NCBI GenBank assembly: GCA_951406725.2
Contig: OX597816.1
Location: 151,962,001 to 152,026,000 of the forward strand
From: Octopus vulgaris
Taxonomy: Eukaryota
Direction: 5' to 3'
DNA length: 64,000 nt
Positions 15,021 through 29,185 of this stretch are shown one piece after another. The translations under genes were made by a program, and so were the position numbers. Position 1 is the stretch's first letter. Each line of letters starts with the position of its first letter. Below the pieces are notes generated by a model. The model was not told the DNA's origin. It saw only the letters and a program-made list of their open reading frames with translations, and ran no database searches.

Positions 15021-15432
15021 AAACACTGTTGGATCATTCCCAAAGTACCATGGTATTTTAAATTTTTGTTTATATTTATTTGTAAATGGACCATAAAATG
15101 TATTTCCCTATAGCAAAGTCTTTTATTCTACTGTTCTGTAATTCTTTAGTTGTTTGGATATTTTAACCAATAGAGCTCTAGCCAGAAAATACATATTGAT
15201 CTTATTGATGAAGACGTATTGGAAAAGAGCAAATAAAGAAGGCTAAAAGAAGTAAATAAAATGAAAGGAAATGGAGAAAATTATTGAAATTATTGGTTAA
15301 GACAGGAAAATATATATATTTCTTCATTGTAATAAAGATATATATTAGGCCAGGATTTAATACTGCTCTAAAGGCCGATTGATAAAGAAATGATGGAATA
15401 TTGAAGTGGACTCAACTGAGTGAGAGAGAGTG

Positions 15433-15474
<42 letters not shown>

Positions 15475-15849
15475 TGAGAGAGAGAGAGTAGATTGGTGCT
15501 GAGACTGTACTTGCATAATGTGGTTTTGATTGGGTTGTCATGTGCCAACCTGAACCTTGACCCAAGTTGTAAGTGGATGTTGGGAAGTTTGAGCTCAATG
15601 ACTAGACCCAATGCATATGATTAGTAGATTAAACAAGAAGGAAATGTAAAAGGAGGAGGAGAAGGCAGAGGAAGCGAAGGGTCAATAATAGGGAAAGATG
15701 CTGCTACTGCTGCTGCTTCTGAAGATGATCACTGGGATGATAATTGTGATGATGATGATGATGATAATAATAATAATAATGATGATATCCAAAAGCAAAC
15801 AGAAAATATAAATATGATGATTACTATGATTATATCAATAATGATTACA

Positions 15850-16350
15850 ATTATTGTACATTTCATTTGCTCCACCTAATTCTGTAAAAGTGGACAACAA
15901 CCTGTTGTCAAGGGTGTCACATGATCTTCTTGCACAATACTTAACATCCAAGTAACAAACTCAAAATCCTTGTTGTCCCCAATAAAGCAGTTTTCTGGGC
16001 ATATTCCTACCGTCATGTCAATCCTGATTTCTCCAATAAATTTCTCAAACCTGCTCCCAGTCCCACTACAACTACTGGGAAGAGTTACTATCTTCATTGC
16101 CCATCATCATCATCATCATCATCATTTAACGTCTGCTTTCCATGCTAGCATGGGTTAGTGACTTGTACTTTATCCTCCACTCATACATCGGCAGGTATGG
16201 CAATATTTATGATCTTGGTTTCTGTCATCATTTTATTAACTACAACAATGTCTGGCCTTCAAGTATCAGTCAATGAATCACACTAGATTGCAAAATCCCA
16301 GATGATCTCACACTCATCAGTCTTAGTGACAACTAGTTTATACTTGTAAC
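15850..16350 (-). mobile_element. Degenerate R4/Dong-like non-LTR fragment (restriction-like endonuclease region)
   Basis: Translation CEIIWDFAI...RPDIVVVNK...IINIAIPAD...VEDK then FEKFIGEI; interrupted by a short RTE tail at 16102-16157; next to (AAT)n-like tracts. Confidence 0.65.
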
Positions 16351-16419
16351 ATTTCAGCATCCTTTCATAGTGGCTGCCCTTGTGGTAAAATTTGAAACCA
16401 TTATTACTATTACTATTAC

Positions 16420-16451
<32 letters not shown>

Positions 16452-16452
<1 letters not shown>

Positions 16453-16563
16453 CATTTCCTTCTTTCTTCAAATTTTCTTCCATTTCTCGCCAAGTGTTTT
16501 CTGTACACCTAGGGCAGAGAAGCTCATTATATGCATTCCCAGATTACACACACAGATTCACAG

Positions 16564-16565
<2 letters not shown>
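16452..16565 (-). mobile_element. Short 3' fragment of a probable (TAA)n-targeting non-LTR element
   Basis: About 110 bp of unique sequence embedded between two (ATT)n arrays; family assignment is inferred. Confidence 0.4.
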
Positions 16566-16624
<59 letters not shown>

Positions 16625-16642
16625 CATTATTATTATTATTAT

Positions 16643-16674
<32 letters not shown>

Positions 16675-19600
16675 TTATTGATATTCATATTTACATGAAT
16701 GGATGCTGTTGTCACAATTCTGTGAATAAAATAATTTTTACCTGGATTATTTAATAGAAAAGAATTTGCTGTTTCTGTTTTACTAACAAAAGATATTTAT
16801 AGTAGTTAATGGTCCACTCTATTTGCTGAAAAGGAAGAAAAGCTCACTTTTAGATATTTTTTTAAAACTATAAATTTCTTAAGATGCTCATTTGTATTGT
16901 TTTTAGTGATTCAAAATAGCCACCTCCATAGTAGTGGAAAGAGGAGCTAGCCATAGCAGTAGTTCCACTCTAAATGGTAAAAGAAATTTAAATACACCTC
17001 CTACCATCAATAAATTTGTTTTCAAGTGTGAAAATAGACTTAAAATCTCTGGCAGTAAGGCTAACAAAGAAACATACAAAAACTGAAGCACAAATATTTA
17101 TTGATACATGAAAAAAGTAATGGTGAAAATGGTAATTTAAATCAGTCATGGGTATGTTGCTGCCCATGGGGGCTTATGGCCTGCACTAGTTTCTTAAGGA
17201 CACTCCAACAAAAAAGTTCCTTGAATTTTTTTAGTAGTGTGCTTCATCTGATGATAAGCCGTGTCTCATGCAGCCAGCTTTTCAAAAAAAGATTGCCCAT
17301 GCCTGATTTAAATGATAAAAATATTGTGAACATCAACAAAAATTTTATAAACTTCAGCAAAAATATTGTAAGCATCACCAGCAACAATGCACATTTTGTG
17401 GGTTATTGGAAAGTACTGGATATGAGCCGGTTCCAAGAAAAAATATGGATACTGTATGTCACAAAAGAGAATACCTTCTTGCTTGACGATGACATTACCA
17501 AGAAAAAAAAAAGCAAGATGAAATGCTACATATTGTTTTGCAAACAAAAAGCAAGATTTCCATGTTCTAAAAAGAAGAGTTGGGTAGCTCAAAATCAAAG
17601 CTGCTCAGGTGGTTTTGGAAGATCCAGATTGTAGTTGGGAAGAAGATAACTGGAATGGTGGGGGTGTTCTGTTCCTCATATCTAGTGATTTCTCACCTTG
17701 TGTAGATGAGTGCTTTTATTTCTCTATTAATTTTTCAGACAGTTTAATTCATGCTGTATTAATTTTTTGCCCTCTTGTTTATTATATTGTACATCACCAC
17801 CTGTGTAATGACATGTTTTACATTATATATTTAGACCTTTGAGGCAACAAAAAGTTATTAATAAAACATTTAGTAACAGAATTGGTAATTTTGGACAAAA
17901 TAAGTTGCAAGAATTAAAAAATTTTTATTCTGAATTTAATTTTTAATTTTTTGCAAGTAATTAATGAGTACTTCTAACTTACAAAGATGCATTATGAGAT
18001 CAAATCCCACCTGAGTTAATTTTAATAATCATCCTTCAGGGGTAAATAAAAATACTGGAGTGAATTCATTTAATTATTCCCTTCCCCAGACATTTGGCAC
18101 CTTATATCACTGTTAGAAATCTTTATTATCTTTATTTTAATTTTATTTATTACAAAAGATGTCTGGGGAAGGGAATAATTAAATGAATTCACTCCAGTAT
18201 TTTTATTTACCCCTGAAGAATGATTATCAAAATTAACTCAGGTGGGATTTGATCTCATAATGCAAAGAGATAAAATTACTTGCAAAAAATAAAAAAATTT
18301 ACTTATCTATTTTCATATTTAGAGTCCAAATTTTGCTGAGGTCAGCTTTGCCTACAGAGATTTGAAAACTAAAGCATTAGTGAACTACTGGTGCATATTA
18401 GATTAACAGTTCTCTCCAAAAAATTTATGCATCTTTGCCTAAGTTAGAAGTACTCATTAATGAGTGTGGGGAAAGATTAGAGTGATGTATACAATACATT
18501 ATAGTAATTGGAAGCAGCCTATTATTTTCTAGGTTCAAATAGCGCCACAGTCACCTGGTGTCACTAAGCTAGATAGCAGTCAAGTACTGGCATCAATAAA
18601 ATTGAGTATATGTATACCTCACCAAATGAGGTATTCATAGTCGTAGGATAAGAAAGATGAAAATAAATAATATTAGAGAAATGGAAAGAGAGAAAACTGA
18701 AAGAAAGGGAGAGTTTGAGGACAAAAACAAGAGAAATAGTGACCAGAGTTGAAAGAGATGATAGAATGAGCTGGGTCAGAAGAAATCACCGTCTTGCTTT
18801 TTCATAGCCAAAGTTCAAAATCAGTTAAAAAAAAAATATGGCTTGAGAGAAGTAAAGCAAAATATATTACCATGTCATGTGTAATATTGTTGATATATGG
18901 AGATTTATACAGTGAGTAAAGACATCTGAGCATATGGAAGTCTGGCAAGTCTCTGCTACAGTATCATTCATGGAGAATTGAAAAGAGAGAAATTGATATG
19001 CAAATGGTGGAAGCAGTGGTAGTGATGATGGATAATGGTAATAGGCTGGATTGCTAGAATAAATAATAAAACTATATATATATATCATCATCATCATCAT
19101 CATCATCGTTTAACGTCCACTTTCCATGTTAGCATGGGTTGGACGATTTGACTGAGGTCTGGTGAACCAGATGGCTGCACCAGACTCCAATCTGATCTGG
19201 CAGAGTTTCTACTGCTGGATGCCCTTCCTAACATCAACCGTTCCGAGGGTGTAGTATATATACATATATATATATAAATATATTTATAAATAAATATATA
19301 AATATATATATACACACACACACACATATATATATATCATGTACACCACTCTTTATTAGCAGTAAGTATACACACACACAGCCTGGTCTGAGAATGAAAC
19401 TCACAACCTCACGATCGTAAGCTTGATGCTCTAACCACTGAGCCATGCACCTTCACATATGCTCATTAATAAGTACTTCTAACTTAGGCAAAGATGCATA
19501 AATTTTTTGGAGAGAACTGTTAATCTAATGTGCACCAGTAGTTCACTAATGCTTTAGTTTTCAAATCTCTGTAGGCAAAGCTGACCTCAGCAAAATTTGG

Positions 19601-19709
19601 ACTCCAAATATGAAAATAGATAAGTAATTTTTTTATATATACAATATGTATCATATATATATATATATATTATTGTGTCATGGGATACACACACACACAC
19701 ACATATATG

Positions 19710-19769
<60 letters not shown>

Positions 19770-19770
<1 letters not shown>

Positions 19771-20103
19771 ACATCAATGGAATTTGTAGTTTGTGGTACC
19801 AGTGCCGGTGGCACATAAGAGAACCATCCGATCGTGGCCGTGCCAGCCCTGCCTGGCCTCTGTGCCGGTGGCATGTAAAAAACACCATCCGAGCATGGCC
19901 ATTCGCCAGCCTCGTCTGGCACTTGTGTCGGTGGCACATAAAAAGCACCCACTACACTCACGGAGTGGTTGGCGTTAGGAAGGGCATCCATCTGTAGAAA
20001 CACCAGATCTGACTGGCCTGGTACAGCCTTCGGGCTTTCCAGACCCCAGTTAAACCGTCCAACCCATGCTAGCATGGAAAGCAGACGCTAAACAATGATG
20101 ATG
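19770..20103 (+). mobile_element. RTE 3'-end fragment; other copies at about 10065-10250, 19085-19255, 22607-23080, 29200-29510, 35460-35746, 58617-58752, 59217-59594
   Basis: Shared ggcacataaaaagcaccc...ttggcgttaggaagggcatcca...aacccatgctagcatggaaa with (GAT)n tail. Confidence 0.85.
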
Positions 20104-21039
20104 ATATATATATACACACACACATATATGTATGTATGTCTACATGTATGTATGTATGTATTTATGTATGTATGTACGTATGTATGCATACATGTATGCA
20201 GGTATGCATTGATGGTAATTTATGGTAATGAGTTTAAAGCAATTTTAAGAATAACAATGGAACATTTACTGATGCAGAGACACAATATTAAAAGTAGAGC
20301 TATAGATATTAACAAATATATTATAAAATTCTTTTTGACTAGAATTTCGTGTGTTGTCTGCTGGTTTACTCAACTAATATCATCATTATCATTGTTACCA
20401 CCACCACCACCAACACCACTACCACCATCATCTTAACAATCTCTTAATATAGGTGCAGGCATGGTCACATGTTTAAAAAGCTTGCTTCTCAACCATGTGG
20501 TTTTGAGTTCAGTCCCACTGCACTGCATCTTAGGCAAATGTTTTCTGCTCTAGCACCAGACTAATGGCAAACATATTATAACATAGAATTTTCAAAATGG
20601 GGAATGGTATTTCCTTAATAGAATAAATCTTTTATTAAATTCTATTAAGAGACATCTTGTGGAATCATGGAGCTTCTCAGAAACCACTTTGAGAATCACT
20701 GGTCTAAGGTTTGTGAGTGTGTATGTGTGAGATAGGGTAGGGTTTGGAAGAGGTAAGGTGATTAATTGAAGGACTTGTTTGTCAAAGTGTTGGTCTATAA
20801 GCCATGAAACTATATAAATTATGTAGGCTTGTGAAGAACATGGATGAAAGGAAAATGGAAAAGTAATGTTAGGGATGGATCCCAAATGGTTTTCACTTAG
20901 GTAGAGAGAGAAAGAGAGAAAAAGGAGGGAAGAGAGAAAGAGAGAGAGAGGGGGAGGGAGAGAGAGAACACCCTTGTCTGGGAAGAAAATATAAATATAA
21001 AATGATCTGTGAAGGTCACTGAGTTGCAACAACTTAAGT

Positions 21040-21412
21040 TAGCTTCTCAGCCACATAATTTTAAGTTCAGTCCCACTATATGGCACCTTGGGCAAATGTC
21101 TTCTACTATATCTCTGGGCTGACTGAAGCCTTGTGAGTGGATTTGGTAGATGAAAACTGAAGGGAGCTCATCCTCTGTGTGTGTGTGTGTGTGTGTGTGT
21201 ATGCTTGTGTTTGTGTGTGTGTGTATATGCTTGTGTTTGTGTCTGTACCCCCATAGCTTGACAGATAACTTAGCAGTTCAGCAAAAGAGGCTAATAGAAT
21301 AAGTACCAGGCTATAAAAATAAGTACTGGAGTTGATTTGTTCGACTAAAACAACCTTTCAAGGCAGTGCTATAGCATGGCCACAGTTCAATAACTGAAAC
21401 ATGTAAAAGAAA
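21040..21412 (+). mobile_element. tRNA-derived SINE family A, 5'-degenerate copy
   Basis: Matches body and 3' end of the 25666 copy. Confidence 0.75.
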
Positions 21413-21515
21413 ATAAATAAATGGCAGCAATAAAATCAAAGAATAAGTGAATAAACGAATGAAAAACAAATGCATGAGAAAGCAGCTGAGATGTTATTAT
21501 TGAGTTGTCACTTTT

Positions 21516-21549
<34 letters not shown>

Positions 21550-23655
21550 CCATCGTTATCATCATCATCATCATCATCATTGTCAGATGGTGAATGTTAG
21601 CTCATTAGATTTTGTAAATAGCTATATGAGTTATGGTTTATGAGAAAAATGTTGGATTTCTTTTAAAAGAAATTAAAATATTAATGAAATGGAGTAACGA
21701 ATCTTCTTCTTCTTCTTCTTCTTCTTCTTCTTCTTCTTCTTCTTCTTCTTCTTCTTCTTCTTCTCCTCCTTCTTCTTCTTCTTCTTCTTCCCCACTCCTC
21801 CTCCTCCTCCTCCTCCTCTTCCCCTTCCTCTTCTTCTTTCTCCTCTTCCTTCTCTTTCTCCTTACTCTCCACCTCTCCCTTCCTATTCCTCTTCTTTCTC
21901 CTCAAAGAAATACCCAGGTGATGATAAATGCTGTAGGTGTATGGCTAGATATCACTTTTGTTTCACATAGTATGGATGGGTAGTTAGCATGGCTAACGAA
22001 AATCAATATGCTGTCAGGGATCATCAAAATAGATTTGCAAGTCCTAAAAGCCCCATTTGCATCCCACCTCTAAGCCAATAACCACAAAAGCCATACCAGA
22101 AAAATGCCCAGTAAAAAGCCTTGAGACAAGGACATGAAATTAATGATATATGGGTTAAAAAAATTGTATCAGTAAAAATCATCCCAGAACTGATCCCCCT
22201 TCCGCCACTGAAGAGCTTAAAAGTGAAGTAGAAATAGAAAGAAAGAGAGAGACAAAAATAGAGGCAGAGAGGTGGTAGAGAGAGAGAAAATAAACAGAGG
22301 CAGAGAGGGGGAGGGAGAGAGAGAGAAATGAAAAGATTAAAAATTTAACTGAAACAGTAAAAAGAGCAACAAAACCCAGTTTCTAGAGCAACCATTAGCT
22401 AGAAGTCTGGGGATGGTGAGCAAAATTCCTTTTTGCCTGTTATTAGAAATAGATGAGAAAACACCTTATCCGCTATCAATGTTACTGAGTAGTACTACAC
22501 TATCATTGTTTGATGAGAAAGAAATAATTGTTACAGATGAAAACATAAAGTTAGATTGACACACAAATAGTTAGACTCAGAAAATAAGCTGCATGCAAAA
22601 GACCAACATCATCATCATCGTTTAACGTCTGTTTTCCCTTCTAGCATGGGTTGGACGGTTCGACCGGGGTCTGGGAAGCCAGGAGGCTGCACCTGGCTCC
22701 AGTTTGATCTGGCAGTGTTTCTACAGCTGGATACTTGCCAACCACTCCATGAGTGTAGTGGGTGCATTTTATGTGCCACCGACACAGGTGCTAGGGGAGG
22801 CTGGCAATGGCAACTATCGGTTGGTGCTTTTTATGTGCCACCAGCACGGAAGCTAGTCAAGGCAGTGCTGGCATTGGCCATGTTCGGTTGGTGCTTTTTA
22901 CTTGCCACTGGCACAGGTATCACAACTACAATTTCCATTCGATTTTTATTTTGATGTACTTGACTCAATAGGTCTCCTCAAGCACAGCAGATCGCCCTAT
23001 GATCCAAGGCAAGCACATCAGGCCTTTCTGCAATTCAAGTTACTTTGGATGGGCTGGGGCTGCTATGTGAAACCAACTAGTAAAAATAAAACAAAAACAT
23101 TGTGATGGCTTGTTGCCAACTTAATGTGGCAGTCCCAGGAAAGGGAAGACTGTTACTGTTATTTAGCACCAAGAAACACCGTTTCTAGTTGGCTATGCAA
23201 CACAAGCATTCTGTGTCCTTAAGTTTTCAAACCCTACCCCATTAAAACTTCCTGTTTTCCTGCATTTTCTTTCTTGACTTATCCATGTTTTATTCCCAAG
23301 GGAGGGAAAACTTTTGAATGAGCATGTTTTTGTTCATGCTGTATTCTGGGTTATATCTGGATGTCCTTGTGAAAAGTGGTGAAGTCTTGTTAAGAAATTA
23401 TATTTTCTCAAGATAAACAAACATCAATGCTTACAATACATTTCATTGGATTTAGAAGGAAAACCCATCTTTGCTTCATAGTTTGCAGAGATGCAGAGGT
23501 TGTGAGAATGGATGGCAGTTCTTGTGTAAATATGGTAAGAGGAAGAAAAGATGAGGCAAAAGTGTAATTCAATAACTTTATAATGGAAAGATGGAAATGT
23601 GGGGATTATCATAGCGATTACAGATCTGGAAGCAGCAGGGAAACTATTGATAAAA

Positions 23656-23702
<47 letters not shown>

Positions 23703-23767
23703 TATTTGTGTGTGTTCTTACATATCTATCCATCTCTCTCTTTCTTATCACACTTATTTTATAATAT

Positions 23768-24726
<959 letters not shown>

Positions 24727-24832
24727 ATAAATATTAGGGAATAAATCCAAATTTACAGGGAAAAAATCAGATTTAGGATTAAATCCAATTTTATAGTAAA
24801 ATATTATAATTTGAAACTGACTTATTGGAGGT

Positions 24833-24875
24833 CCACCTGAAGATTGTCGATCAAGACAAGAAACAATTGTAGTGG
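24833..24875 (+). ncRNA. Minimal type I hammerhead ribozyme (element 24723-24970)
   Basis: ccac CTGAAGA ttgtc gatcaa gacaa GAAA caattg TA gtgg; palindromic stem III ACAATTGT. Confidence 0.88.
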
Positions 24876-24962
24876 CGGTTTTTTTGACTATTTATTAAAA
24901 TTTTATGTATTGATTAAGGCTTTCCTTGTTTGTTTTGCAAAATAGTGGTTTTGTCTCTAATA

Positions 24963-25001
<39 letters not shown>

Positions 25002-25140
25002 AGGGTGGCTTGTTCACAGTTTTACTACTGAAAGACAGCACCAGCATTGCTAGAAATAACAATTAAAACAACTCATAGCGACAGGGAGCACTATCTTATT
25101 GACTGACAAGGGAGGTAAGCTCCCTCAGCGTCTAAGCATA

Positions 25141-25186
25141 GCCAGATCACAGTGATTTCACATTTATATTAATGCTCGTCAGTGAC
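25141..25186 (-). ncRNA. Type I hammerhead ribozyme in fold-back element 25000-25635
   Basis: gtca CTGACGA gcatt aatata aatgt GAAA tcac t gtga TC tggc. Confidence 0.85.
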
Positions 25187-25634
25187 TCTCACCTAGTGCC
25201 TTGGGTTAAACTCAACTGACCTTATCAGTTTATAAGTTTATCGTAGAAATCATATGCTGATTTCCTGAATGGTAAAAGTGATTTTACAACTAAAAGGCAG
25301 AAATACATATGTCACTAAAGTAACTGAGGACACTAGTCAGCACCAGCATTGCTAGAAATAATAGTTAAAACAACACATAGCCGCAAGAAACACTATCTTA
25401 ATGACTGACATATGACTTCTATAATAATCATATAAACTGACAAGGCGAATTGAGTTTAACTCAAGGTGCTAGGTGAGAAATGCGGAATCACTGTGATCTG
25501 GCTATGCCTAGACACTGAGGGAGCTTGCTTCTCTTGTCAGTCAATAAGACAGTGATTCTTGTGGCTATGAGTCGTTTTAACTATTTTTTCTAGCAATACT
25601 AGTGCCTATTAGTGCCCTCAGTCACTTTAGTGAC

Positions 25635-25665
<31 letters not shown>

Positions 25666-25667
<2 letters not shown>

Positions 25668-25829
25668 TGCAGGAGTGGCTGTGTAGCAAGTAGCTTGCTT
25701 CTCAACCACATGGTTCCGGGTTCAGTCCCACTACGTGGCACCTTGGGCAAATGTCTTCTGCTATAGCCTTGGGCTGGCTGACCAAAACCTTCAGTGGATT
25801 TGGTAGACGGAAACTGAAAGAAGCCAGTC

Positions 25830-25883
<54 letters not shown>

Positions 25884-26087
25884 TTGTGTGTCTGTGTTTG
25901 TCCTCCCACCATCGCTTGGCAACTGATGTTAGTGTGTTTATGTCCGTAATTTAGTGGTTTGGCAAAAGAGACTGATAGAATAAGTACTAGGCTTACAAAG
26001 AATAAGTCCTGGGGTTGATTTGTTTGACTAAAGGCGGTGCTCCAGCATGGCCACAGTCAAAATGACTGAAACAAATAAAAGAAAGAA
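25666..26087 (+). mobile_element. Full-length tRNA-derived SINE family A with internal (TA)n
   Basis: A-box-like gtggctgtgtagc and B-box-like gggttcagtccc; central gcaccttgggcaa motif; 3' gactgaaacaa-taaaaga end; many copies in the window. Confidence 0.88.
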
Positions 26088-26103
26088 TATATATATATGT
26101 ATA

Positions 26104-26518
26104 CTAGCAGAGATACCTGGCTTTGCTCGTGTCACATGGAATTGAAGAATTAGACTCTTTTTTTATATTTTCTCTAATAAACTGGAATACTTATGATTCA
26201 AATTTCATCAAAATTGGACATTAAGAATTTTAATGGGGGTTATGGCCTCATTTATGCCCCTTCACTTTCAAACATATACTGCATTACAGTATATGCATAG
26301 AATATGATTTTCAAATTTCATAAAGATTTATTCAGTTCTTTTGACCTTGTTTTGGATCATAAAAAAATGACTAAAATTTGGGAGTTAAGGCCCCCATTAG
26401 GGGGTCTTAGAATCCTCATGAGAAGCTGAAACTTTGGGAATACTTCTTGATTTGTGAACCCTCATACGTCATCTAACAATGGGAGAGTCCATGCTATATT
26501 ATATACATTATATATAGA
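26104..26518 (-). mobile_element. Non-autonomous Helitron-like element (second family)
   Basis: Minus strand starts TCTATATA and ends ...gagcaaagccaggtatctctgCTAG|T with a decayed GC-rich subterminal hairpin. Confidence 0.6.
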
Positions 26519-27560
26519 TAGATAGAATATGGTATTATGGTACTGACTAAACTTTTGGATGTTGTTATACACAGCTGGTCACAATGTGCTTTGCATTGTT
26601 TTAGCTTTTGAATGGTACCAACCTGCAGACTAGGTGGGCAGGCCAACATTCCTTGTGAATGAAACACCAGTCTGTCACAGGGCTATCCATTTAAAGCTCA
26701 GTAGACTGACATGAAATGAAGTGTTTCACTCAAGAAGACACTGCACTGTTGGTCTGGCAATCGAAAACATGATCTCACATTCCTTTCTAATTCATGATTT
26801 ATAAAGAAGTTTTCTGCTTAGTGTTAAATGAAGGAAATTAAATTTTTTGTTTACATTCCTACTTTTTTTCGACTTGTTTATTTATTTAATATTTTATATT
26901 TATTTCATAAATTGATAAATCATATGCTTGACCTGTGTATCATATGTGGTACACAGGACATATTTCACTGGTATCCATGCATCACATATGATACACATTC
27001 CCAATATTTTCCAACCACAAGAGTAACCTGGGACTTATGAAAGAAAAGCTTTATATCACAAAGTCATGTGTCTATATATACATATAGATAGATAGATATA
27101 GATAGATAGATGTATATGTTTATGTATTTATGTACACACATACATACATGCATACACACACAATAATTATTCATAAATAGGTTACAATCACTTTGATGTT
27201 GGTAAACAGATCCAAAGTAGGTCTGAAGAAACAAGCACTTTACAATCTTCTGACCCATATAAATGACAAACAATTAGTTATTTAGACAGATCTGATCATT
27301 GAATTTTTATCTTTTTCAAGCCCTCTAGTGTCTGGTTTGCCCTGTGAAGCTATTGGTAAGATGCTTATGAATAATAATTGTGTTATACCTGTAATTAAGT
27401 AAATATTTCACTCTTTATGTAAATAGACTTTTGTCAATACTTGCCAACTTACATAAACTCAATGAGAATACACACACACCTCTGTGTGCTTAGGCTTTAT
27501 GTATCTCCATCTGTATTCATATACGTTGCTTGTATGTGCATTTGGAAGTATATATATATA

Positions 27561-27725
27561 CATGTATGAAAAATATATATAAAAATACAAAATGGGACAA
27601 GAACGCAAAACATTCAAATAGACGACACATTTGAATGTTTTGCGTTCTTGTCCCATTTTGTATTTTTATATATATTTTTTATACATGAATTATTGCGGTG
27701 TAATGTACACCTTGTTCTCTTATAT
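27561..27725. repeat. Short fold-back with about 58-bp near-perfect arms and a 3' tail
   Basis: catgtatgaaaaatatatataaaaatacaaaatgggacaagaacgcaaaacattcaaat is mirrored at 27630-27687. Confidence 0.85.
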
Positions 27726-28788
27726 ACATATATATATAAGTGCATATATTTATATGCATACATTTGTATATATGTGTACATAAGATAATGACTATGGATA
27801 TATGTGTGTCTGTATATGTAAATGTCTTTAAATGTAGATGTATTTTCTCTCTCTCTTTCTCTCACTCTCACTCCTCGTGTGTATAAGTCTGTGTGTCTCT
27901 ACAGCATTTCCTTGTCATCATTTCCCAATTTTCTGAGAACATGCCGGTATTCCTTTTACCTTCTCCTTTGTCCCTTCCTTCCACCTCCTTCTTTCCCCTT
28001 CTCATTAATTTTAATTCATTTATCTTTCAACACCAATCAACATTTCTTTTCCCCCAGATGAAGGGTTTTTATTCAAAACAAGACTTCTTTCCTTCCTCAT
28101 GAATCAAAATTGATTCCATTTGTATCATCTGAGAAACTGTTAAGAGGAAAGTCGAATGATCTTGGGATGTTGATGTTGATTAAAAGGATGCCTATTGTAT
28201 TTTATTAATTGATTAATATACCCTATAGTATCGTATGTCATTGATATTTCTCTACCAACCTGTTTCTGTCAAGGAGTTATAACCCCCAAATTGTTTCAGA
28301 GTAAAGAGAAAAACTTTCCTATTTCATCACTGGTTTATTCATATGCACTGTAGGATATTGTGTAATTTAAACTCACATAAAAATTATATGTGTTTTCTGC
28401 CATATATTGTACTTTTATGCTCGAAGCTCATGTAAAAGTGATATATATTTCCTGTCTTAGTACTTCTATGCATGGTATGCACATGGTGGTCTGTGTTTTT
28501 AAGTCTCTGTCCATGTGAGTTTTCACATATGTGTGTGTATATGTCAGTATATGAAGGCATGGTGGGTGTTATGCATACTGTGGTTTTATATTTATCTTCC
28601 TCTTCATCTTCATTCTCTCCATCATAATAGTTTTAATGTCTACTTTTCTATATTTACTTGGGTTATATGAAATCCATATTTTCCCTTAATCTGGACTTGT
28701 TTTCACAAAAGATTGCAAATAAATGATGCTGCTTGTATGAGGCTGATGTGTTTACAATTACTGTGCAGTGTCAAGACAAGGAGACACG

Positions 28789-28826
<38 letters not shown>

Positions 28827-28860
28827 TCATTATGATGTCTTGATTATTTATATAATTATA

Positions 28861-29185
28861 CTAGACAACCTGTGACCTGTTGGGTCACCAATAGCTCAAG
28901 GTATCTAAAAAAACCATGTATCTTGGGAACCCGTCTGATTCACACATCACTTGTTTCATTCCATTTGTATTCACATTTCATTGATACCTTACTTTCAGAG
29001 TATTTTTCCATTATGTGCCTGTTTGGCTATTTATAAAGGTACTCAAAAAGACTACATATTTCAGGAACTCATGATCTGATTTATGCAAACTCGTCTCATT
29101 CTGTTTGTATTCTCATTTCAGGGGCACCTTACTTTCAGAATATTTTTCCATTATGTGCCGGTTTGGCTGTATTAAATTACACACA
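28861..29185 (-). mobile_element. Helitron-like element, same family as 10402-10762, with an internal duplication of about 130 bp
   Basis: Reverse complement ends ggtgacccaacaggtcacaggttgtCTAG|T; cttactttcaga.tatttttccattatgtgcc occurs twice. Confidence 0.7.

Noticed and set aside
22200-22235. ctgaagagcttaaaagtgaag as a hammerhead
   Set aside because: No GAAA, stem III or stem I partner; at best a truncated relic.
25666-25740. tRNA genes at SINE heads
   Set aside because: A and B boxes are present but there is no full cloverleaf, and each continues into a SINE body.
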